Source: Pyrobaculum aerophilum str. IM2 (GTDB lineage: Archaea > Thermoproteota > Thermoprotei > Thermoproteales > Thermoproteaceae). Taken from it: a DNA stretch of 32,000 nt. Shown in pieces: positions 14,493 to 21,220 of the stretch. The first letter of the stretch is position 1; every line of letters begins with the position of its first letter. The notes beneath the pieces were generated by a model. It saw nothing but the letters and a program-made list of their open reading frames with translations. It had not been told where the DNA came from and did not search any database. The stretch is from positions 150,001 to 182,000 of the forward strand of contig NC_003364.1 of NCBI RefSeq assembly GCF_000007225.1, given 5' to 3'. Made by a program: the position numbers and the translations under genes.

Positions 14493-15313
14493 TTTTGTTC
14501 TTCCTGACGGCGTTTGGGCTTGGGTGGCTCTTTCAGCTACTCGCCGCGTACAGCCCCTTCTGGCTCGCCGCAACTATGTGGACGCCCGCGCTGGGAGCCT
14601 TGCTTGAGCTGAAGAGGGAGGGTAGGCTTAAGCCCAGGCCGTTCGGCGATGACTGGCGGGGCTTAAAAACACTTTACAAAGCTACAGCCCCGGCGGCGTT
14701 TTGGGTGGCGTTGTCGTGTCTAATGTCGTTTTTCTTCGTGGGCCCCAATCCCTATACTCCCCCGACGGTCCGCGTGTATTTTCTCGTGCCAGTGGAAGCC
14801 CCCGGCTGGGTTGTATACGCCGCGCTCCCCCTAGCTCTGGCGGCCCCTTTCATAAACGCCCTTATTGTCACCTTCGGCGAGGAGTTCGGCTGGCGCGGTT
14901 ATCTCCTCCCAAAGCTGGCTAGGAGAATGGGCTGGATCTGGGCCTCCGCGGTCGTTGGCGTCGTGTGGGGCGTGTTGCACACGCCGGCAATTCTCGTCGT
15001 TGGTCACAATTACGGGCGGCCGTGGTGTTTAGAGTGTCTCAGGGCCTTTGTCCTTTTGACACTACCTATGTCTTTCCTCCACACTTGGGCATATTTGAAA
15101 TACGGCGTTTGGGGAGCCGCCTTTCTCCACGGCGCAGTTAACGGCTGGGCTGGAGCCTACTTCCTCCTCTATTCACACACCTTTGGCAACTTAGTGTGGA
15201 GCATAACAGGGCTATACGGTGCCGCCACTTTGGCGGCCACAGCCGCCGTGTTCTGGCTTCTCGCAAACCCCACGGCACGGGGGAACAAAGCGGTTTTCAA
15301 AAACCAGGTGTAA
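14489..15313 (+). CDS. CPBP-family (CAAX protease / Abi-type) intramembrane glutamic metalloprotease
   Basis: Polytopic membrane protein with the three family motifs in order: EEFGWRGYLLP (EExxxR), VWGVLH (FxxxH-like) and FLHGAVNG (HxxxN). Confidence 0.8.
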   Translation: MILFFLTAFGLGWLFQLLAAYSPFWLAATMWTPALGALLELKREGRLKPRPFGDDWRGLKTLYKATAPAAFWVALSCLMSFFFVGPNPYTPPTVRVYFLVPVEAPGWVVYAALPLALAAPFINALIVTFGEEFGWRGYLLPKLARRMGWIWASAVVGVVWGVLHTPAILVVGHNYGRPWCLECLRAFVLLTLPMSFLHTWAYLKYGVWGAAFLHGAVNGWAGAYFLLYSHTFGNLVWSITGLYGAATLAATAAVFWLLANPTARGNKAVFKNQV

Positions 15314-15479
15314 GGATTTTTATGCAAGAGCTACGTAATAACTAAACAGATGGTTTTTTATAGCTAGTCTTCTCCGCAATTTCTGCCGATAGGCGAACCT
15401 TTTTGTCGTCTATTCCTACAGCTTTCGTAAAGAAGCCACGGCGTTATCTAAGGCAACGACCGCAGTGGTTACGATCGCC

Positions 15480-15678
15480 ATAATTATTGACGCCTTGGCT
15501 TCTGACATACGTAGTATAGGATCCCTCTCTGTAGCCGTAACTTATCAAGCTTTCACCCAGGGCGCTCACAATCGCGACACCACTACTAGCCCGTAGAGGA
15601 TCCTATCTTTCCCCAGCGTTAATAAGAAGCGAGGAGTTGGAGAGGGAGGAGCTGAGGAGTCCTGAGCTGAAAACCAAG
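15480..15678 (-). pseudogene. Decayed 5' remnant of a paREP2b-like gene plus the shared intergenic spacer
   Basis: The reverse complement aligns by eye to the 5' end of the intact gene at 18033. For example, ggctacagagagggatcctatac matches ggcatagagaatggcctatacgc, and atcgcgacaccactac matches gtcgcgaacatccac. The spacer gaggagctgaggagtcctgagctgaaaaccaagta matches gaggagcagaggaggcttgagcttaagagccaggta. There is no intact ORF, and similarity fades below ~15480. Confidence 0.35.
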
Positions 15679-16145
15679 TAACGCACTAAAGGATTGGAAT
15701 GGTAAAGCGTTTTAGATGGCCCGTACTGCCGGGCGAGAAAGACAGCAAAGCGGCTTGACTACACCACAGGATGTGCGATATGACAAAAGCGGCTGTCGCT
15801 GAGTACTGAGAGAAGTACGCCGACCCGTTAATTAGAGAGTACGACTTGAGGAGGATCTTTTGGTGGAACGGAGAGCGGCGCGGAAAGCCGATGTCGTGTT
15901 TTGTAACGGAGAAAAGTCGGTATGCAAGATGGGCAACAAGATGGCCGCATTTACGGATTTGACACACCCCATGACGTGTACCTCAGACCCGAAATCAAGT
16001 TCGTTGACGAGTGGATCAAGGTGGCCCACAGGGGCGATAAGAGGCGACGCGTAGAAAAGTAGCAGCTCATGCAGTATGTGATCACCTTATCCTTCCAAAC
16101 GGAGGCTGTGCAGACAAGTGACGGCATCACTGTAGCCTGAGTCAA
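15679..16145 (+). pseudogene. Decayed copy of the paREP2a-like gene (inverted relative to the intact copy at 17482-17952)
   Basis: Nucleotide and protein similarity to the 156-aa ORF runs along its length. For example, ggaaagccgatgtcgtgttttgtaacggagaaaag matches gggaagccgatgtcgtgtttcgtcacggagaaaaag, and ..FRWPVLPGE.., ..CDMTKAAVAEY*EKYADPLIREYDLRRIFWWNGERRGKPMSCFVTEK.. match the intact protein. The copy is broken by in-frame TGA stops and a 1-nt deletion in an A-run (A5 -> A4) near 15913. The short ORFs 15686-15967, 15832-16029, 15860-16054 and 15951-16145 are fragments or shadows of it. Confidence 0.7.
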
Positions 16146-16201
16146 TCATAGAGGCCTTTGCCAAGGCGTTGGGCGTTCTTCACCAAAGCGGTGGTGTCAA
16201 G

Positions 16202-16417
16202 TTAAAGCCTCATTTCTCTAATTAGGCGGGATGCCGGCAGTCCTAAGTCCACTGGGTCGAAGTCCAGCTCTTCAGCGGCGACTGGGATTTCGCCGAAGTA
16301 CTCCCTTAGTATTCTCTCCAACAACTCCGATACGTCCACTCCCTCCCGGGCCGCCTCTTCTTTAAGCCTTTTCCAAACAGAGGCGTCTATGTAAATACTA
16401 GTGCGGATTTTCTCCAC
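16202..16417 (-). CDS. Ribbon-helix-helix (CopG/antitoxin-like) DNA-binding protein
   Basis: 71-aa ORF. TSIYIDASVWKRLKEEAAREGVDVSELLERILREYF fits the strand-helix-helix RHH pattern. It has an acidic/hydrophobic C-terminal tail like VapB-type antitoxins. It lies 31 bp downstream of the TGT-like gene on the same strand. Confidence 0.7.
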   Translation of the reverse strand: MEKIRTSIYIDASVWKRLKEEAAREGVDVSELLERILREYFGEIPVAAEELDFDPVDLGLPASRLIREMRL

Positions 16418-16448
16418 GGGGGTATATACTCTTTGGCATATATATGTC

Positions 16449-17366
16449 TTAGCGCCGAGCGGCGGCCACTTGGAGGTATAGTTTTCTAAACGCTGGCGCT
16501 CTAGGCGTCTGGGACCAGGACTTCACCACTACCCACGCGTTGACCAAGGCCCTGTATTCAAAACTTGTCCTTATACGCTCGTAAAAGCCGTCCAGCGCCG
16601 GGAAGCCGGTTTCCATAAGAAAGCGGTAGAGCTCTTCTAACTCGCCGTCTTTTGGCTTCGCCTTTCCGAAGCTCACCGCGCGGCTCGTCACGTGCCTCTC
16701 CCCGCCGCCGGGCAGTATCACTTTGCCGTAAGCCGCCTTGAGGCGCCACGTGGCGCTGTCAGTGCTCTGAATTCCCATGGCGTGTAATATAGGCGTCACA
16801 GAGGGGCTTCCCATGCCCAGGACGTGGATTGGGCCTTTAAACTCCCTCCGCGCGATGCTAATTAGCCTCAAGGCCAGCTCCCTCGAGCCGCGGGGGACGC
16901 CCCTGGTAGTTAAGACGTAGGGAACGGCGCCACCAATGGCGAGAGCCGGGGCGTCTGAATACTTCCTTAAGTATTTTAAGAAGAGCCCCTCCTCTCTGTA
17001 TACGTGGAGCACCGGCACAACTATATCGCCTAGCGCCCTCCTCAGCCTCTCCCAGTTTTTATACGACTTTTCAAACTTTTTCTCAGCCACCTCGAGGGGG
17101 TCGCTCGGCGACGGCGGGACGTCTAGGGAGAAGTACAGCTGGGCGTCTACTCTGCGGTATATCTCCGCTATTTTGTCCACGTCCACTGTAAGGCCTTTTT
17201 TCAAAATTTGATAGCCCCCCGAGTCAATCCACAGCTCCCCCTCAAATCCCAACGCAGACCTGGGGTCTCTCTTCACCTCAAGGGCGTTTACCATTACAGC
17301 CGGGACGTGGAAATACAGCCACGGCCTCGGCACTGCGTTGAGAGGCGTGCCCAGCACAACCTTCAC
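16449..17366 (-). CDS. TGT-family (queuine/archaeosine tRNA-ribosyltransferase-like) catalytic-core-only paralog; DpdA-like candidate
   Basis: 305-aa ORF with a GTG start. The motifs, in order, are WIDSGGYQILKKG, YFSLDVPPSP, ALAIGGAVP and PIHVLGMGSPSV..GIQSTDSATWRLKAAYGKVILPGG. These parallel the archaeal TGT motifs DSGSFQ, LDIPTPP, PIGGVVP and HLFGAGHP..DLFDSASY as I recall them. The protein has no cysteine at all, so it cannot form the Zn site. It has no C-terminal PUA or tRNA-binding domains. Confidence 0.8.
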   Translation of the reverse strand: MKVVLGTPLNAVPRPWLYFHVPAVMVNALEVKRDPRSALGFEGELWIDSGGYQILKKGLTVDVDKIAEIYRRVDAQLYFSLDVPPSPSDPLEVAEKKFEKSYKNWERLRRALGDIVVPVLHVYREEGLFLKYLRKYSDAPALAIGGAVPYVLTTRGVPRGSRELALRLISIARREFKGPIHVLGMGSPSVTPILHAMGIQSTDSATWRLKAAYGKVILPGGGERHVTSRAVSFGKAKPKDGELEELYRFLMETGFPALDGFYERIRTSFEYRALVNAWVVVKSWSQTPRAPAFRKLYLQVAAARR

Positions 17367-17384
17367 CTTTATTTTAACTATTGG

Positions 17385-17396
17385 AGTTATAAAACA
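17385..17396 (-). promoter_or_regulatory. Putative TATA box of the TGT-like/RHH operon
   Basis: The minus strand reads ..CTGTTTTATAACTCC.. and is centred ~25 nt upstream of the GTG at 17366, consistent with a leaderless transcript. Confidence 0.35.
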
Positions 17397-17424
17397 GTCC
17401 GTAGACCTCTTTGAAAGTTTTAAT

Positions 17425-17462
17425 CTACCTGCCTGAAGTAATATTTCAATATTATCAGGTAG
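17425..17462. promoter_or_regulatory. 38-bp imperfect palindrome (candidate operator or terminator hairpin)
   Basis: The sequence is CTACCTGcCTGAagTAATATTtcAATATTA-TCAGGTAG. The arms pair over about 16 positions with small bulges. It lies 20 nt downstream of the paREP2a-like stop and ~35 nt upstream of the putative TATA box of the TGT-like/RHH operon. Confidence 0.4.
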
Positions 17463-17481
17463 GGCTAAGTTCTTTCACCGA

Positions 17482-17952
17482 TCAACTCCTGCCGAATTCA
17501 TCACGTATGCCCCACTTCCCCCAGTTATAAACTTGTGGGGCGAAACGGATAATAAGCCAGTCGCCATACCTGCCTTGACTGTCATCGCCCCTGGGGGCCA
17601 CTTTTATCCAGTCGTTCACAAGCTTGATTTCAGGCCTGAGGTATACGCCGTGGGGCGTGTCAAATACGTAAAACGCGGCCATTTTTTCTCCCACCTTGCA
17701 TACGGCCTTTTTCTCCGTGACGAAACACGACATCGGCTTCCCTCTCCATTCTCCCTCCCACCAGAAGGCCCTCCTAAGGGCGTATTCGCTGATTAGCGGT
17801 TCGGCGTATTTCTCCCCGTACTCAGCAATTGCGGTCTTTGCCATTTCGCACATGTCGTAATACAGTTCAAGCATTCTCACTACTTTCCCCTCCTCCCCTG
17901 GCAGGATAGGCCATCTGAAGCATCTGCGGTACCAGTCCTTTAACGCGGCCAT
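17482..17952 (-). CDS. paREP2a-like repeat-family protein (intact copy)
   Basis: 156-aa ORF with balanced composition. A decayed paralogous copy lies at 15679-16145. It is arranged divergently with the 408-aa gene across an 80-bp spacer, as I recall for P. aerophilum paREP2a/2b pairs. The family name is from memory. Confidence 0.6.
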   Translation of the reverse strand: MAALKDWYRRCFRWPILPGEEGKVVRMLELYYDMCEMAKTAIAEYGEKYAEPLISEYALRRAFWWEGEWRGKPMSCFVTEKKAVCKVGEKMAAFYVFDTPHGVYLRPEIKLVNDWIKVAPRGDDSQGRYGDWLIIRFAPQVYNWGKWGIRDEFGRS

Positions 17953-18032
17953 TACCTGGCTCTTAAGCTCAAGCCTCCTCTGCTCCTCCTACGCCGCTCT
18001 AATACGCGGGGCCATTTGTTCAAGCCGCGTGG

Positions 18033-19259
18033 ATGTTCGCGACGGCGTGGGCTGAGCTCTCGCGGCTGTGGAGATTTGGCATAGAGAATGGCCTATACGC
18101 CGATCACATTTTTAATAAGCTTGAGGGCATTAGAAAATACGTGGAGGAGTACGCTAACAGGCTGAGGATTGAGTACACGCTGTACAGCCTCCCCGGCGTT
18201 GACCCGTGGGTAGAGGTGAGGTTTAAGGACGAGAAGGGGAACGAAGTCGCCCATATAAACATTAGATGGGATCGCGAAAAGCTACGAGCCGTATTCGAAG
18301 GCGCCAAAGAAAAGGCGGAAAGACTGGCTTCAATACTGAACGCCTTGGGCGCCAGCGTAAATGCTATGGAGCTTGATGGGAAATGGCGCGTAGATCTGTG
18401 CACAGACTCCATCACCGCAATACGCCGTAAGGAGTGGCTAGATGTGGTTAGGGCTCTGGTGGAGGAGTTGCACAGTAGGGGGGTGATAAATGAGGAGCAG
18501 AGGGATAGATTACTGACTGAAATAAACGCCGGGCCTAATGTGGTTGAGATTGCCGGCGTGGAGTTGAGCGTTCGGCAGATGATAAGCGGTAAATCCAAGG
18601 CATTGATAATTACATACCTGCCGACTTCTCCAGCCGCCTTTGACGCCGCCGTAAAGGCGCTTAGAGACGCGGGCTTTGTTGAGGGGGTGCACTTCACTGC
18701 GAAGAGGCCGGAGGGCGGCGTGCAGGGATACGTATACATTAAGTTGCCGGCCGGCCTTTGGCGTTTAGAGGAGCTGAGGAGGCAGGGCGTTGATTGGGCA
18801 GACAAGGCGTTAAGGCGCCTTGAAGAAATAGCAAAGGCGAGGGGCTTCTCCAACCTACTGGAGGAGTACTTAAGGCCGGCTATGGAGGCGGAGACCGTCG
18901 ATCCGAGGGGGCTGGTGGTCGACGACGCCGAGAGAGGGTTAAAGGCAGTTGTAAGAGGCGTGAGGGTGGAGCGGGAAGGCGGGAGGCCTAGGGTCGTCGT
19001 GGAGTATGAGGTAGGCGGGGATGTGACGTCCTTTTCCTTTATCTGGGGCGTAAGAAAGGGAGGAGGCATTGTAGCAGGCTTAGATCTAAACGACGAAAAG
19101 GCCCTCATGATGACTGCCCTACTCGGCGATAAGGCAATAATGGGGAAGAAGGGGCACATGACGCTTTCCGCTAAACATCTATTCGCCCTAGCGAGACTTA
19201 GGGGCATCGGCTGGGAGCTGTTGAGGTGGTATGCAGAAGTAATGAGAGAACACCGCTAA
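18033..19259 (+). CDS. paREP2b-like repeat-family protein (intact copy)
   Basis: 408-aa ORF with charged, helix-rich composition. The antisense 367-aa ORF 18104-19207 is Ser/Thr/Pro/Ala-rich and is treated as a shadow. The 5' end has a decayed paralog at ~15480-15600. Confidence 0.6.
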   Translation: MFATAWAELSRLWRFGIENGLYADHIFNKLEGIRKYVEEYANRLRIEYTLYSLPGVDPWVEVRFKDEKGNEVAHINIRWDREKLRAVFEGAKEKAERLASILNALGASVNAMELDGKWRVDLCTDSITAIRRKEWLDVVRALVEELHSRGVINEEQRDRLLTEINAGPNVVEIAGVELSVRQMISGKSKALIITYLPTSPAAFDAAVKALRDAGFVEGVHFTAKRPEGGVQGYVYIKLPAGLWRLEELRRQGVDWADKALRRLEEIAKARGFSNLLEEYLRPAMEAETVDPRGLVVDDAERGLKAVVRGVRVEREGGRPRVVVEYEVGGDVTSFSFIWGVRKGGGIVAGLDLNDEKALMMTALLGDKAIMGKKGHMTLSAKHLFALARLRGIGWELLRWYAEVMREHR

Positions 19260-19486
19260 AGGAGCAATTCAACAAAATGTTGAGACAGGTTTAAAGAGCG
19301 TAGGGAGTGGGAAGAAGCTTTAAAAAGACAGAAGATTAGAGAGGAGGTGCTAGGCGCAGCGGCAGAGCGGTATTTTCAATGCTTTAGCGAGCACCTGACG
19401 CTATACTTAAAACGCTTAGGAGTGTGGGCCGGGTGTGAGGGCTTGCGAGACGAGCTATCAGGAGAGTCTCAGGCTTTTTAAACGCC

Positions 19487-19972
19487 GTGTTGTTGATAAT
19501 CGTTAAGACGGACTCGCCGGAGGTTTCGAAAAGGCTTGGGAGAATGCTGGAGGGTCTAGAGCTAGTGCCGGGAGTGTACTTAACGTGGTACCCAAGGGAT
19601 AAAGCGGCTAGGGCTGTAGAGGCGGTGAAGAAAAACGTGGTGAAGCAGTGGGAGGAGCGGGGAAAGGGGCCGGTATTTGAAGCGGCTCTGCTGGAGCTCA
19701 GCGAAGAGCAGTACAAAGAGGTGAGGCCCATGGCGAGGGCGGTGATAGAAGCCGTCGGGGCTACCATGTTGGAAGAAATGGAGCGGCTGTTGGTAAACAT
19801 GCGCTCTGGCAAACAGGGGAAAAATTTACTGGGGTGGTATAGGGACTTGGCGAATAGGTACCAGAAGCTGGTGAACGCCGCCTTGGCCCTCGACATCGAG
19901 CCAACGATCATAGGCAAGTTAAAGGACAAATGGAAAGAGGTATCGCTCGAGGCCGGGAGGCTACGCTCCTAG
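19487..19972 (+). CDS. Hypothetical protein (N-terminal beta-alpha-beta unit plus helical C-terminal half)
   Basis: 161-aa ORF with a GTG start and protein-like composition. The antisense 181-aa ORF 19384-19929 is Ser/Thr/Ala-rich and is treated as a shadow. The N-terminus LLIIVKTDSPEVSKRLGRMLEGLELVPGVYL loosely recalls Cas2/VapD-type ferredoxin folds. This resemblance is weak. Confidence 0.5.
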   Translation: MLLIIVKTDSPEVSKRLGRMLEGLELVPGVYLTWYPRDKAARAVEAVKKNVVKQWEERGKGPVFEAALLELSEEQYKEVRPMARAVIEAVGATMLEEMERLLVNMRSGKQGKNLLGWYRDLANRYQKLVNAALALDIEPTIIGKLKDKWKEVSLEAGRLRS

Positions 19973-20437
19973 AAACACCTCCACGTATTTAAGCAAGAGC
20001 TCCACGTCTCTGGCGGCCTCGTCGTCTGACTTGTATCTGCTCAACACGAGCTCTTTGTCGGGGCCGTTGAACTGGTACTCGTGAAGAGATAGCGCGAGTT
20101 CTGTCGCTAAAAACACCTCTATTCCGTACGCCTCTGCCAACAGCCTAGCAACCTCTCTCAGCCTTGTCGACGGCATATATGCCACATGCCACTCAGCCAT
20201 ACCCACTCTTTTGTTTTTAATACGCTTCACCCACCTGTACACAGAGGACAAATAGCCCAGTTTCTTCGCCGCCAAGACTGCGATTGTTGCCTTCCAAGCT
20301 TGATAAGCCTTGCCGGCGGCGTTGCGCGTCAATCCTTGTCTTAAAAACTCCCGGGCTAGCTCTGCCTCAAACAAGGTCTCTTTCCGCCTGGCCTCTATGT
20401 AGCCGTTTAAGTCAGACCAAGGCTTTGCCAGCTCCAC
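19961..20437 (-). CDS. PaREP1-family protein (HEPN-superfamily-related helical protein)
   Basis: 158-aa ORF. From memory, ..YIEARRKETLFEAELAREFLRQGLTRNAAGKAYQAWKATIAVLAAK.. and ..ALSLHEYQFNGPD.. match the archaeal PaREP1/PaREP8 family signature. Confidence 0.65.
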   Translation of the reverse strand: MELAKPWSDLNGYIEARRKETLFEAELAREFLRQGLTRNAAGKAYQAWKATIAVLAAKKLGYLSSVYRWVKRIKNKRVGMAEWHVAYMPSTRLREVARLLAEAYGIEVFLATELALSLHEYQFNGPDKELVLSRYKSDDEAARDVELLLKYVEVFLGA

Positions 20438-20455
20438 AACACTAGTGGAGATTTT

Positions 20456-21220
20456 TTAAATAACTTTCACCTCCGCGGCGCCGCCCGCCACGTCCACTGT
20501 GAGAGAAAGGACCCCCCTGCCTCTGTTAATTGATTGCGGCACCCGCGCCACTCCTCCCACTACGCTTTTAGAGACAGCCAAGCCTACTTCTTCCGGGAGC
20601 TGTAAATCAATGCTAACAACGCCGCCGGCTGTGGAAATACGCAACTGCGACTCCCCCTCAAAGGGCTTATAGCTGAGCCTCCCCGCGAATACACCGCCGC
20701 TCGCCTCAATAGAGACAGCCCCGCGGAGTAGCTCCAGTTCTGCGTCTACAGCCCCTCCGGCTATATCTGCTATTAATGTCGTAAGTTCTATCCCACTTAC
20801 ATTTACATATCCACCTGCGACATTGAGAATAAGTCTGTGTAAACCCTCGGCGGTTACCTCCACTTCGCACCCCTCTATTGAAAGTCTGCCGGGCGATATT
20901 TCAAAATCGTCGGGATCTCTGCATTTGGCAACGACGTGATTAACTCCCTTTGATAAATGCACCTTGCCGCCCGACACTTCTAACTCAAGCTCCCCGCTGT
21001 GTTGAAACTCCCCGTTGTAAACCTCCACTAGAGGGCCGCGGAGTTTTCTAAACGCCTTTAGCGGGGCTAGATATGTCAACGTCTCTACTCCCAGCTTTAT
21101 TGCTGACATTAAGATCCCGCCGGAGATCACCATGGCGACGTCTCTAATCTTCGGCTCCACATATGCCCTAAGCCTCTCGGGAACCTTTACCACAGCCACG
21201 TCTCTTATCTCCTGGACCAC
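20456..21220 (-). CDS. Beta-helix repeat protein (DUF4097 / putative-adhesin-like); probably the C-terminal part of a disrupted larger gene
   Basis: The 254-aa ORF has seven evenly spaced G-G strand repeats: VSGGKVHL, VAGGYVNV, IAGGAVDA, ASGGVFAG, TAGGVVSI, VVGGVARV and VAGGAAEV. It only has a GTG start, and protein-like coding continues upstream in other frames. Confidence 0.6.
   Translation of the reverse strand: MVQEIRDVAVVKVPERLRAYVEPKIRDVAMVISGGILMSAIKLGVETLTYLAPLKAFRKLRGPLVEVYNGEFQHSGELELEVSGGKVHLSKGVNHVVAKCRDPDDFEISPGRLSIEGCEVEVTAEGLHRLILNVAGGYVNVSGIELTTLIADIAGGAVDAELELLRGAVSIEASGGVFAGRLSYKPFEGESQLRISTAGGVVSIDLQLPEEVGLAVSKSVVGGVARVPQSINRGRGVLSLTVDVAGGAAEVKVI

Noticed and set aside
14701-14922. 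73-aa ORF inside the CPBP protease gene (same strand, other frame)
   Set aside because: It is embedded in a gene with all three CPBP motifs, and its Gly/Arg/Pro-rich product is off-frame.
16558-17414. ORFs 16558-16749(-), 16936-17211(+) and 17208-17414(+) within or around the TGT-like gene
   Set aside because: They are off-frame or antisense to a 305-aa ORF with ordered family motifs. One of them is an Arg-rich frame (..RRRGEARDEPRGELRKGEAKRRRVRR..) typical of GC-rich off-frame translation.
18104-19207. 367-aa ORF antisense to the 408-aa paREP2b-like gene
   Set aside because: Its composition is extremely Ser/Thr/Pro/Ala/Leu-rich and low in complexity, which is typical of a shadow frame opposite a GC-rich, GAR/GAG-rich gene. 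The plus-strand product has balanced, helix-forming composition.
19384-19929. 181-aa ORF antisense to the 161-aa gene
   Set aside because: The reason is the same as for 18104-19207. The Ser/Thr/Ala-rich shadow frame has no motif, and the plus-strand ORF looks protein-like.
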